A stretch of 64,000 nt of DNA from Glaucostegus cemiculus (lineage: Eukaryota), in the NCBI GenBank assembly GCA_976551045.1, contig CDPCPM010000213.1, positions 7,192,001 to 7,256,000 on the forward strand, read 5' to 3'. This document shows, piece after piece, positions 1-12,380 of the stretch; positions within the stretch are counted from its first letter, which is position 1, and each line of letters opens with the position of its first letter. Both the position numbers and the translations under genes were made by a program. The notes under the pieces are model-generated. The model made no database searches and was not told the origin of the DNA. It saw nothing but the letters and a program-made list of their open reading frames with translations.

Positions 1-471
1 CACCCCAGGCCTGTTCATTCAAGGTGAAGACGTCCAAACAAAACACTGGCATCTGTCTCAGAGTTGGGTTCCCAACCTCAAGCACAGTGTGTTAACAAGC
101 TCACTTCTGCCCATCGAGAGCAAGGAATTTAAGAATTTTATTACCCAGACACTTAATGACCCAGAACTTCCTTCTTATGTGCTTTGTAATGGAACTAGGT
201 CTGAAACTGAATGTGAAACATGTTGAGGATTTTCTAACATAAGGCTACAATGTGAGTTTGATTAAGATGTGAATAATATACCTGATATCTCTATTTGTGG
301 CCCAAGCCAGAGATAAATAACATCTTCTGTGATTGTCATGAAATATCATCCTTCCTTTTTCACCTTCATGCCTTGGGCATCCTTCAGATTGTCAAACACA
401 CAAGCTTCATTCATAGTCTGTCTGCTATTGTCCAGTTCCACATTTGCTTGGTTCCACACTGCCTTTGATCT

Positions 472-511
472 CGGGTTGCTGGCACTGTAACAGCGTTACG
501 CTAACCGCTAA
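472..511 (-). mobile_element. tRNA-derived SINE head fragment
   Basis: Reverse complement GTTAGCGGTTAGCGTAACGCTGTTACAGTGCCAGCAACCCG matches the head of the SINE at 6038. Confidence 0.7.
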
Positions 512-2639
512 CAGGAATGAAACTGGGCACATAACAAATCAACGTGTGACGCATGTTCAGCATCACTATTGTAATAAGGAAACATGGAACAGCAACTGCC
601 AATCAGTATGGACCTCGACCAGAAAAGCAGCAGCTACTGGCAGAAAGCAGCAGGCCCACCCCAATGTTCTCCGCTCACAGCTCCTGATCCTACCAGACTA
701 CCATACTCCCTGAACAAAGGCTCTGATTCTCAGACTCCTCCACCAAAACCACACATTCCCTCTCCCCATTGCAGCCTCAAGCCATGAGCCTTCTGCACTC
801 CCCCACTCCCCTACCACAGGCCCTGATTCTTCCAGGATCCCCTCAATTTTCCCACAACCCAGATCCCAATTCTTTCTCATCCTTGTCACCTGTTCCTGAT
901 CCTTACAGACTCTCCCCAGTCTGACCACAGGACTTGATACTACAGGACACTAACATGATCGTCCTTATCACACCTCTCCACCACCTCCTCATTCTGCACT
1001 CCAATACCAGTCTAGGTTACAAAGGTAACAATCTTATTTATCCTTGCCCATTAGCAAACTAATTAAAGAAGAAAAGTATGACCCTCCTGGCCCACTTCTT
1101 GCTCCAGGTCCTTGGTATTATTTTTGCTTTCAGAGAGACCACTGGTTAAATTAATAATCAGAGACTGAAGATAAAAGTCAGAGACTAATCTGCACAGTTA
1201 GAAAATTCCTGAACTATTGCACATAGAAACTATACTAACATTGCACACTAAATACAAATCAAAGCTTATTATAGAGAATGTCTCCAATGTAAATTTTAAA
1301 TTGCCTTGTCTTTGCTCTACAATTTGAGACAATTCAGATTGGTAACATAATGTTGAAAGAAAATATTACAAGCTATTGTGCTCACCAAATGGGTCCTTTA
1401 GTTCTATTTTTAATCTGCTCAAGCAGTTCTTCACTTGGCATATGCATCTTTAAATCATAGTTACTGCATTATATGGGTTCTTGTCAAATCTCTGGGTGGA
1501 AAACAAGCAGCATTGTGGCAATAAGTTTGGAAAACAAGTTACCTCTGAACTGACTTAATACTTGTCAATTGTTTGGCATTTATGACTGTATCATTGAGGT
1601 TTTAGCATACGTAGCTGGCTGTAAAGACCTAGGAGTAATATTCGAAGCTTTAGGCATGAGATAGGGGTGTAAGGTGAAGGCAATATAAGGAAGTCTACTG
1701 TTTTGTGCGTTAAATTTAGACAGGGCACAGCTTTGCATCTGTCTCAAGGTTCAAGTACATTTGTCAATTATTATCAATTTTTACTTTCTGTTGTTCATCA
1801 TCAAGAACTGTCTCACATACTGACAGGTTATTGCACTTGTAATAATGCGAGTTATGTACCATCACTTTAACTTCAATGCTAGTGAGGGAATCCTTGACTT
1901 CAGGATTTAGTTCCAGGAAAAATACTTCTCTAAATAGCACTAATGCATGCATTTCTTGACAATACATAATTCATTTTTATTTCTAAGATTGGTACAGTAC
2001 AATCCAACCACTTATTCAGCATTAATCCCTCCTTCCCGCCCCCCCACCCACCCACCACCTCAGTTCATCATTGGCAACACCAAAACCATTCTGTTGGGTT
2101 TTGGCAGCACCTGCACATTTTGGTTTGGTTGACAACTCATGATACACAATAACTGGCATCTATTCAAAGTCAAATCCAGGCCATTGCTAGCTAAACAATA
2201 TCCCCCACTTTTACTCATTACCTTATCCCTGCACAGCTGGATTTCTCATCCAAACCTCCCTCATCTGGAATTATCAGATTATCATTTGCCTCACCATCTC
2301 CACCATTCATTATCTTTAACAGAACTCAATTCCTCATTGGCACATCCAGGCCTACACACACCCACCACTGGATCCCTGAGACTTATTTTTCCAATCACAC
2401 CAAAACCTTGGTCTTAACTACTTCTGTCCCTCTTCTCCTTCCCGTACCTTCCACAATATTTTTGACATCCTTCTAGGCATCCACTTCTTTTGCTTGTAAC
2501 ATGATTTGATCTGAGATACTATTCTATGCAGGGAAAACACTTCTTTGTTAATTATTTAAGCAGAACGAACTAAATAAAAAACAGCTCTGACATCTAAAAC
2601 ATTGCCTGGATCTACAGAATCAAAGAAGGAGAAATTTCG

Positions 2640-2930
2640 CTCATGCTGGCTCTTTGTAGAGCAATTTAGTCAGTCCCATTCTCTCAATCTTTCTCCATAA
2701 CCCTGCAAATTATTTTCCCTCAAGCCCTCCAATTCTCTTATGAAAACCCCAACTGATTGTGTTTCTACTACCCTTACAGGAAATGAGTTGCAGTTCATAA
2801 AAATATTTATCCTCACATCCCACCTCTATCTTCTGAATTTCACTCTGAATCTGTATCTCCTGGCTTTGAGCCATGTGGTAATAGAAGCAGCCATATTTTG
2901 TTTATCTTATGTAAATCTATTCTGACCTTG
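2640..2930 (-). mobile_element. Decayed CR1 LINE 3' end
   Basis: The minus strand resembles the CR1 3' tail also seen at about 23140-23220 (tttgcaggg.tatggagaaa...gggat/gactaa). Confidence 0.5.
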
Positions 2931-3636
2931 CACATAAGTGAGTCCCAGCCAAGATTTACTGCCACTTTACCTCCTTCACACATTTCCACAATCTCACAAA
3001 CATCTTCACAGAAGGTTTGTAAAAAAAATCTTCTCTAATTTTACTTTCGCAATTTGATTGCATCATTGTGCAGTCTAATAGCTATGGTGAATGGCGACAA
3101 TTTCTGAGCAGCATTTAATGGCTTAGGTCATGTGTTTAAATTATTATTTCTTTGATGGGCTCTAATCCAAGTTAAACCACCATATTATGAACCATGACCT
3201 CACACCCAGCTTTCTGTCAGTAACACTCATCGGTTCATTTGCTTTCAGAGCAAAACATGTTTAAGTGCAACATGCAGATGGTATTAGGCAATAACAATAG
3301 ACTAATAAACAACACAGCAATTTTCATATTATTTACAGCACTGGAGTTTGTCATATGAACTATTCAGTTTGAATACAAGCCCAATTTGTCACTTAAGCTA
3401 GTAAGACCAAAAAGGAAAATTTTACTAGGTTTAGCACTTGAACAGCTGGGAGAGTATTCAATGTAGAAATGTTAACACTAATTCCTCTTTCCCATTTGAA
3501 TAGCTCTGCACCAACATTTCCTTACTTATTTTTGGTCACTGATGCTGAAGGAGCCCATCAATGTAACTTGAAGTAATATTAGTGTTCAAGATCAGCACAG
3601 CTGAGATGTGCCACTCCACACCAAGTGCATCTTAGG

Positions 3637-3779
3637 AGCAACAAACAATCTGCCGATGCAGGATTTCAACCCGAAATTTTGACAATTCCTTTCCTTCCAC
3701 AGATGCTGCTTGACTCGCTGAATTCCTCCGGCAGATTGCTTGTTGCTGCAGATTCCAGCATCTGCAGTCTCTTGTGTCT
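3637..3779. mobile_element. Short Penelope-terminal-repeat-type non-autonomous element with internal inverted repeat
   Basis: Inverted repeat agcaacaaacaatctgccg (3637-3655) / cggcagattgcttgttgct (3729-3747). Flanked by a degenerate 15-bp direct repeat (3626-3640 vs 3779-3793, 12/15). Same family as 11637-11801 in the opposite orientation. Confidence 0.7.
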
Positions 3780-6037
3780 GCACTTTAGAAGCAAACTCTT
3801 TTTCAGAAATAATACAGTCTGCATCTTCTGTTGTTGCTCTTTCAATGATTTGAGGGATGGGCTGCTTTGTCAAGAACCAACGTTTGGGTTTTAAATTTTA
3901 TTTAGGAAAGCAATTTTTCTCCTATATTTTTTTTACTGCAAAGGGAACCATTTCTTCCCTTTTGTTAAGTGGTTTATTTGGAGATAACAAGAGGAAGTGA
4001 CCACAAATCCCTTCACAGTTGGTGAAATTATTGACTGGGCCACCCAATTAATCTCACAAAGAAGCTCACAGTTAAGCCAGTATCTTTTACCCAAGCTTAT
4101 TCTGCATCCCCACATTTGTTCTACATTCTAATGCCCATTCCTTTGTAGAATGATACTGCACTCTTACCTGCTCTCTGCAATACTGATTACAGAGACACAG
4201 TGTGGTGTGCTGCTACCTCATCTCGTATGTTCACAGGGAATGCAATGTGTAAATTCACATGAAGGACGTTGAAAGGCAAAGCACAACTTTGATGCCAATA
4301 AAACTTACAAGGTATCAGTAGCTGGTAGGATCACAAATCCTGTGAATAAGCTCCTGGGTCCTCTGTGTAACTATTCTGCCCCTGACTCTTTAATGGAGTT
4401 GCTGCCCTTTAAATCCAGAATCCATAGCTAGCTGGAGTGCATGATACAGCCTGGACTTCCACCCTTGCACATTGCAGTACTGAAATATAGAATGTACAAG
4501 ATGTCCACCCATTCGACCCATGGGTTTACCAAGTCATTCCACAACTTAATGAGCTGAGGGCTGGATACACTTCGTATGCAGCCCCTCAGCTACTTCTAGA
4601 GCAGCATCAATCATTTATCATTCATTTTCAACCATTAGAAAGGTAAGCAAATGGTTTATCCTTGTTTCCAATTTATTTTGATTACTATTATTATTTCCAA
4701 TTAACTTACAGCAGTTGATTTTTTTTTCTTTAACTATTTTAAATAACTTTTATTTTTTTATAATAAATTGAATGTTTCTAGGGACAGGCTCCTGGACAGC
4801 ACGAGATGTCAGTGATGGGGCCTATGGTCAGGGTCTCAATAGCGGAGCCCCTGGTAGTGATGCCTAGACTGCCTGCAGCCTCAGCACCACTCTCACACTG
4901 TTATACCTCACGGATGACCAATGCATCAGATTCAATAAGAGCCCATGGCTGTAAAAGGCGAGGGCAACCACAAGGCTGGAGCAGGTGCAACCACAATACT
5001 TAGGCCCAGTCCAAAATGATCTGGTTCCTTTAAAATGTTATGCATCTTACATATCACAAAATTCCTTTATTAACAATTGACCATTGGATTACCATTTATA
5101 CTGCCAGAGAGTGGAAGAAAATAAAGGAGACCAGGAGGTCAGAGAAAAGATGGGAGGGAGAGAAAGATGGAGCATAGTATCTAGAAAAGGAAGATCAGGA
5201 TTATATCTGCAGTGATCTGCTTATAAACTTTATGTATTTAGAAAATGGTTTCTTTCACTTTATCTCCTTCCCCTGGAGGCTGTTTGACTTTTCAGGCATT
5301 ATTATTAATGTCTCAACATTTTGTTTCATCAGCACAGGTGCAATATATGCCTGTTTGCAGAGGTTACAAGAGGGATAATTATCACTGAAGTTTCTGTATG
5401 AACTGTCAGCCACCACATTGTCTTTAGGGTGCATTTTCTCTCTTTTGTTAAAATAATTTGCTGTGTGTTGTCACCTCGTAACAAATAGCTGCATCCACAT
5501 TTGTAAAACATACCCTTCCTGAATTAGCAAAAATGAAAGAGGCCAACAATTCCCTGCAATAACTTATCATTTCACTCTTGCAGTTGAGAAGCGACTTAAC
5601 CAATAATGCAACTCTTTGGTGCACAAAATGTACTTAATAAGAAATGAGAAGAAATTATCAATTTTCACAGGAAGTATCAATGGGCTATCTAATGCACATT
5701 GAAATCCTGTGCTGAAATTTGACTGCAACATTATCTGTGCTATTTTAGTGCTGACCCAAGTGTATCAACTTAGTCTGTGTCCAGCATGCAATACATTTTT
5801 CAGGTAGGTATCGTGAATCCCAGACCACTGGACAATTATGCACAGTAACTGCACATTATTTGTAAAGCTACATGACAAGTATGAACTTGAAAATGTGATC
5901 TACTGAATGGGTTCTCAAAGTGTTAGAGCTAATATTGCTTCACATGCTGGTGTTCATATAGGCAGTTTTGTCTTCACATGGCTGGTCAGAGATGAAAGAG
6001 GTCACTGCACATCTTCAACAGATGAGATGTTGCAGAT

Positions 6038-6341
6038 GGGCAAACCAGGTAGTGTAGCGGTTAGTGTAATGCTATTACAGTGCCAGCAACCCGGGTTCAA
6101 TTCTCACCATTGTCTGTAAGGAGTTTGTACGTTCTTCCCCGTATCTACATGGGTTTCCTCCGGATGATCTGGTTTCCCCTCCCACATTCCAAAGACATAC
6201 AGATTAGGAGCTGTGGGCACGCTATGTTGGCGCTGGAAGAGTGGTGACACTTGCTGGCTGCCCCCGGCACATTCTCAATAACACAAAAAGATGCATTTCA
6301 CTGTGTGTTTCGATGTACATGTGACAAAAAATAAATATCTA
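6038..6341 (+). mobile_element. Full-length tRNA-head V-SINE with non-CR1 (Rex-like) tail
   Basis: A-box-like ggtagtgtagcgg, B-box-like gggttcaattc, V-domain-like tgggtttcctccgg...ggtttcc..cccacattccaaagac, and tail ...gatgtacatgtgacaaaaaataaa. A second copy lies at 36388. Confidence 0.9.
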
Positions 6342-6770
6342 TTACCTAATCATTGCCACCTGAGAAAGAAGTCATTACCTGTAGCATCAAAATCATCAGT
6401 ACCATTGATTAGGATTAATTCAGTCTCCAAAGGGTAGTATTTCCTGAGTCAAGTCCTTTACTAAGAGGGACAATTATGGTCTGCATTGGTACATTGTCAT
6501 TTTATTGACAGATGGACAAGAATCCTTACTTATTTAAAGCATTTGCACATTTTAATGGATGTTTACAAATGGTATGGAGGCTTTTGGGTTTGAATTCTGA
6601 GCGATACAATGACTTCATTTTGTCTAAGTAAAAGATGGGCAATCATCATGGAGGAATTTAGGACCCATTAATCATAATTGTTTTATACTCAGACTCATGG
6701 CACTGTGAAGAACTGTCCTCTTGCTTACAATGCAGGATCAGTTGGATGGAACTCAAGTCACCCAGAGTGT

Positions 6771-6866
6771 TGTACCATCTTACTGTTCCACTTAAGTGCC
6801 ATTTGCTTCTGAAACTAATAAGCGTACAATAACTTCAACAAAAGTGATCTCTAATTCAAAGTAGTC
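6771..6866 (+). repeat. Dispersed ~95-bp duplication, copy 1 (copy 2 at 8387-8483)
   Basis: Shared core ttgcttctgaaactaata...acaataacttca with alignable flanks. Confidence 0.8.
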
Positions 6867-6890
6867 ACAGGAACAGGCACAGACTATGGC

Positions 6891-7126
6891 CCTTGTGTAC
6901 CTCATTCTATATACAGGTAGCCAACAATACTAATCCTCCATCTCTGAAGCATTTAGTAGTCGATTACATCCACAATCAACATGGGGAAACTCACCAAACA
7001 CGGGATTAAGTTACCATCCTTCTGTACCTTGTTCCACATACTGGCAGCCAGCAATGCTAATCGCCTGTCTCAGAAGCATTTAGCCATAGATTATATCCAC
7101 AATCAAGAGGGGAAGTTCACTAAATA
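6891..7126 (+). repeat. Diverged tandem duplication, period ~127 bp
   Basis: 6891-7000 aligns with 7018-7126 (cctt.tgtacct...gaagcatttag...gatta.atccacaatcaa...ggggaa). Confidence 0.85.
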
Positions 7127-8349
7127 AAAGGCACAAAAGTACAGGAAAAACACACAATTTCCTTCATTGTGCAGTAGAAAGTACCAGAACCCCCTAATGA
7201 AAAAGAAAATACTTGACACCTGAAATATAATGAATCCTAAGGTTGACTTTGTAGTTCAAAGTATAGGGCTAATGATTTTCATATGGATGTCTGCTCCATC
7301 TTTGTGTTATGAACCATGGAGCATACCTTCACTTAAAGCCTCCCTGCTGAACAGCTGCCTCTTCATGTGTGGCTCCCCTGCCATGCCCAGATCCATCAGA
7401 TTATTGTAGTAAAAGCCGCTGCCTTGGCAATAGACGCTGTGAGTCATGCACCTCCATTGCCTTCTTTGATCCTGTATGCCCTGGCTTGTGCCTGTTTCAT
7501 TAAGTTAGCTGCAAAATTGATGTTCCTTGTACTATTTGATTTAGTCCAGGATGGTAACTAACACTTTAAAAACCTCCCACTAATTCACCTCCCAAACACC
7601 AGGCCACGACAGCAGCAGAATGTTCTCCTTGTGATTCCTTTGTATATTATTGCATGCCTTAAACCACAACAGTAATAATAAGAAACAAAACATGAGAGTA
7701 ATGAGATATATCTTTACATTCTTTGGCCAAAAATCTCCAGCAACTGGGCAAGGCAGCAGTTGGCACAGCTGTGCATCACTGTTCTATTGACCAGATTTTC
7801 ATTCAAATTATTGAATTCCAGTGAAATAGCAAAAGCAATTTTGATCCTCAGGGGTAGAACTGTCAAAGCTTATAACTATCAAATAGGACTTGGAGAGATA
7901 TTAAAAAGAAATCTAAAATGCAAAAAAATTAGTAGCTAATTTACTTCTGCATTTTAAAATGGTTTGATAGTTTTGTATTTCAGAACACCTCCAAATGCTA
8001 TTTCAGACATGTTCACAATGCTATGAACACTAATCATGTGGGGATTCATAAGTGACACTTATTTTAATACATTTACATGCAATTCACTCAGTTAATTGGC
8101 CTCCCTCACTTTGTGCAAAAGATCACATTGCACACTCGTGTCTTCTGATGGAATCAACTACAAAAATATGCTGGTGCATGGTTCAGGCCAATAGCTTCTC
8201 ATTCCTCTGCACCTATTATCCTCCAGTTCAACAGGTAAATAGCATTTGAATTTCTCCATATATATATTCAGTATAATAGATGAGTTTCATCCACAAAGGT
8301 CGCTGTGCTTACAAACTGAATCTGAACATAACACACATATACAGCAAGT

Positions 8350-8385
8350 TGGTTAGAACTCACATACCATTGTGAGTTCTAACCA
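8350..8385. repeat. Perfect 15-bp inverted repeat (hairpin, 6-nt loop)
   Basis: tggttagaactcaca-taccat-tgtgagttctaacca. Confidence 0.95.
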
Positions 8386-8386
8386 T

Positions 8387-8483
8387 TGTGCCATACCATT
8401 GTTCCAATGTAAGTGACACTTGCTTCTGAAACTAATAGCAGACAATAACTTCACGAGAAGTAACCTCTAGTGCCAAAGCAGTC
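8387..8483 (+). repeat. Dispersed ~95-bp duplication, copy 2
   Basis: Aligns to 6771-6866. Confidence 0.8.
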
Positions 8484-10164
8484 TCTGAAATTGCCTTTTT
8501 CAGGTAATGCACTCATTGCATAAATATTCCCTTGGGCATCAATGTTTCTATTTGCTGTTTCTCATCTTTTATTCCTTTATGAAAGTATGAAATGGGAGCA
8601 CAAATGGTGTTGAATATTATCAGGCATGGATTGCCGGATAAACAATGCAATTTATGCAGTCCAGCAAATCATTCTGTCATGATCAGGAAGTATTCAGAGG
8701 TGCATGGATGGTTTAATTGGGGGATTGCCTAATCACCTGGGACAAGATTGCAAGGAAAATGGTTATCATCACAAAGTCATTTCTGAATTCAAATGCTGAA
8801 GGACAGGAAGAGCTATGTTCAAAATTACTTGCAATTTTGGAGTGAGGCAATGATTTTTGTCGGCTTAATATAGCAAGGACAGTATCATGCAGTTGAGTAA
8901 CACCATCTTAGTATGCAGCAAGTGAGCCCAAACAAGGATGCAATATCCTGCAACTGAATGAGTACATATGAGCTTAGAGTGGTCCCTATGCAGAATTGGC
9001 AGTTTAGAGATTAGTTTCTATCAAGTTGTGATTTTCACAGCTGTTTTAAGTAGATGTGGTTCAGAAAATTAAGGCCCAGTTGTGGATGAACTAATGTGCT
9101 GGCTGCACAGCAATACAGACAGCCAGTGCACAGTGAAGCCTGAGCACAAACTGCTGCTGGAATGTATCTGAATATGTCGTAAGCCGTATAATGCAGCTGA
9201 AGCAGCTGAGAAAATGATCAAAGTGAAAGCCACTTTTTAATACAATTATTAGCTTTATCACACTGTAGGAAAAATAACAATGTGGAATAACACAACTATT
9301 CTGAAAAAATTATGAGGATTATCTTTCCATTCCAGAAAAGCGAATGCAAAATCAAAGGATTCAAACTTTCTTTGTTAGCAGGTTTCAAATTGAGAATTAA
9401 TTATGTTTTAACTAGAATCTGAACTAAACTTGTTATAGCTGCAGTACAATAAACTAATTATTGGGCTGCAGTTCATCGATGTGCAAGAATAATGGGTTGG
9501 CGTGAGCCATGACGTATCTTGCAATCAGAAAGGATGTCTTATATTATGAGTTAATTTTAAAACAGTGGAAAGAAACAGAACATTTAATTAAAACACGTTC
9601 CCCATCAAATTAATTAAATGCAAACAATTAAAGCTCCTGGGCACTTGTCTGTCCAATTGAACAAAACATGGGAAGTAAGCCAATGGTCAAGTGAACCTTG
9701 GCTGATTACTAATAGTTATATTTCTAACGAGAGATTTTGTCAATGATGGTCTATTTTATTCAGGGTGATTCTTTGGCCACCAAAATCAATAGAGATTATT
9801 TGTCTTTTCACAATAGGCGTCTGATCTGCACCATCATTTTTTAACCCATGCAGGCAGTAGAAAATCTACCTTGAGATCTCTTACAGGATTTAATATTCAT
9901 TTATGTTAATGCCCCTCTTCTTTCAGGAAGACCACATAACATTTTTCACTTTTGTTCTTAAACTCTAGCGTTTGCTGAAGACCTTATTGTCCCCCAACTG
10001 GGGTCAGGAGGTAATGAAATCTGACTTGCTTCAAAATTCCCAATACTACAACTTTACTTTTTTCACTGAGGTTAATGCTTGGACAATTTCTATTCCTCAG
10101 CTGATCTGTCTGGAGATGATGTAAAAAGGAGAGAGACAAAAATGTGCTGGAATTGGGAAAAATA

Positions 10165-11030
10165 AAATACCATAGTTGCAGAAAATCTGAAATAAAAGAG
10201 AATTCTGGAAATATAAAAGGTTGATAACCTTTCATCAAAACTAATTAGTTCTGATACAAACTGGAAAGGCTTATTATTTGAAATTATTGAGTTCAGTGTT
10301 AAGTCCAGACAGCACTAAGATAGTTGATCAGAAGATGAAGTGTTCTTCAAACTTATACTCAGCTTCGCTGGAACAACATAATAGACCAAAGAGAGACAGG
10401 GGTCTTAGTTGGGAGTGGAATATAAAATTAAATTGATAAGCAACTGGCAGCTCAAGTTCACCTTTACAGATTGAACAGAAGTGATCTGCATAATGGTCAC
10501 CCTACCTACACTTGGTTTCTCCAGAGCATAGGGGACCACAATGTGACCATCTAATGCAGTACATTGAACTTAAATAACTACAAATGAATTGTTGCTTTGC
10601 ATGGAAGGAATATTTGGGTCCCTGGATGATGGGGAGGAAAGAGAGAAGATGAGAGGTGCCATGAAAAGGGAAGTGGGTGATAGTGGAGATGAAAAAGAGA
10701 GAACCATGGAGAGAATGGTGTATTCAAAATGCTAAAAAGAAGGGGAGGGAAGTATATACCTGGTGATGAATCATGGTGAAACTGTCAAAGGATGATCTGC
10801 GGAATGTGATGGCTGGTGGATTAGAGAGTTAGGACAAGGGAATCCTAACCTTTCTCTGGATTAGAGAAGAGAGGGTATAAGAACATAACTGAACAGATGG
10901 GATTGAGTGTCCTGTCAACTACAGTCAAAGGGAAGACCACCATTAAGGAAAAAGGAAGACTTCTTGGAAACACTGTTGTAGAAAGTATCTTCATATTGGA
11001 TGCAAGTGGGAAGGATTTGAAAAAGGAGAG
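10165..11030 (-). mobile_element. Penelope-like element relic (RT linker, GIY-YIG endonuclease, 3' terminal repeat)
   Basis: Minus-strand translation gives FPLTVVDRTLNPICSV...IQGPKYSFHAKQQFICSYLSSMYCIRWSHCGPLCSGETKCR*GDHYADHFCSICKGELELPVAYQFN...GLLCCSSEAEYKFEEHFIF*STILVLSGLNTELNNFK*. This matches the vertebrate PLE C-terminus (xIYCIxCxxCxxxYIGETKRxLxxRFxEH...FRLxTLxPxGLN). Stops and frameshifts present. Confidence 0.85.
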
Positions 11031-11636
11031 CAAGAATTGATTCAGAATAGGAAGAAAAATGTTCTGTGGGACAATAAGCTGCTAAAATTATAGGTCTGCT
11101 AGTACAGAGCTGCTTGAAGATTTTGGGGAGGACGTAGATGTGGGTTATTATCTACCACAAGCATTAATCAGAATTCAGAAGTGCTTATATTGAAATCTAT
11201 CCTGTTTGAAATTGAAATTGTATTATGACAGCTCATTAAATACAAAGTACCTGATCTCATGAACTGACCTTAATATCACTTCCAAAACAAAATAATTCTC
11301 AAAATTCCCTGGGTATTAACAAATTATGCAATACTTATTTGAAGTGATTTACTCATTTTATTTATCTATTCCTTGCCAATAGTTTGTCCACCTTATTCAG
11401 TGAGCCAAGTACTACTGCACCATTTTATTAATAGGAATAATGCAAAGGTGCGGTTGGTAAGCTGTACAATTGGCAGAGAGTGCAACACAGCGTCAAAAAA
11501 CTGGAAATAGAATTTATAATATTGTAGATGCTGGAAACCTGAAATAAATGCAGGAAATGCTGCTTTGCCCTGCTCAGCATTTCCAGCAGTTCTCTTAAGG
11601 TACATTCCAAGTATTTGTAATCTCTGGTTATCCTGA

Positions 11637-11801
11637 AGACACAAGAGACTGCAGATGGTGGAATCTAGAGCAACAAACAATCTGCTGGAGGAACTCAGTG
11701 AGGATGGAAGAAATTGTCGATGTTTCTGGTCAAAACCCTGCAGGCTTTATCCCACAGATGCCGCTCAACCCACTGAGTTCCTCTAGCAGATTGTTTGTTG
11801 T
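11637..11801. mobile_element. Short Penelope-terminal-repeat-type palindromic element with 14-bp target-site duplication
   Basis: 30-bp inverted repeat 11671-11700 / 11771-11800 (1 mismatch). Perfect flanking duplication tctggttatcctga at 11623-11636 and 11802-11815. Confidence 0.85.
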
Positions 11802-12019
11802 TCTGGTTATCCTGATTTTAGTAGCTTCAGTTCTTCAATGTTTAGCTTGATATGACATGCTAGAAATATCTATGTGCTAACCACATATGTTGTTCTTCTA
11901 TACTGTCTGGTTAATCTGGACCTAGGCTGATGTTATGGGACTAAATTTTAATTCCTGTACATAACAAACCTGTGGAGTTCAAAGTGTTTTTTATTCCTAA
12001 TTCATGAAAAAGTGGTAAC

Positions 12020-12370
12020 TAAAAAGCAAAGAGTTTTTGGAGTACAAGTGTACAAATTATTTAAAGCTGATAAAATTAAAAAGCCTAATGGAATACTAGC
12101 CTTTATTGCAATGAGGCTGGTATGTCAAGAAGACATTGTGCTTGGGGTTAGTAGAACATATTCAGACCTGAGCCTGAAGTATTGCTTTCAATCTGAGCAC
12201 AGGATGCATAAACAGAGCTTGCATTCCCTTGAGCGTGGTATATTGAGGGTGAGCTGACCGAGGTGGTTAAAATGTGAAAAGGGTTCATTGAGGAGTACAT
12301 ACAAAAAATCTGTTTGCTCTGATGAGAACAAGGGGAGATAATTTTAAATGTTGAACCAAGCCACTTAGAA
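12020..12370 (+). mobile_element. Old CR1 LINE fragment (left part, split by Rex1)
   Basis: Translation KKPNGILAFI...LSLKYCFQ resembles CR1 KANGMLAFI...RPHLEYCVQ. The tail resumes after 13812. Confidence 0.65.
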
Positions 12371-12380
12371 CTTTGCACTT

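Noticed and set aside
1260-1967. Protein-like minus-strand segment including a 67-aa ORF
   Set aside because: Multiple stops in all frames and no recognisable family.
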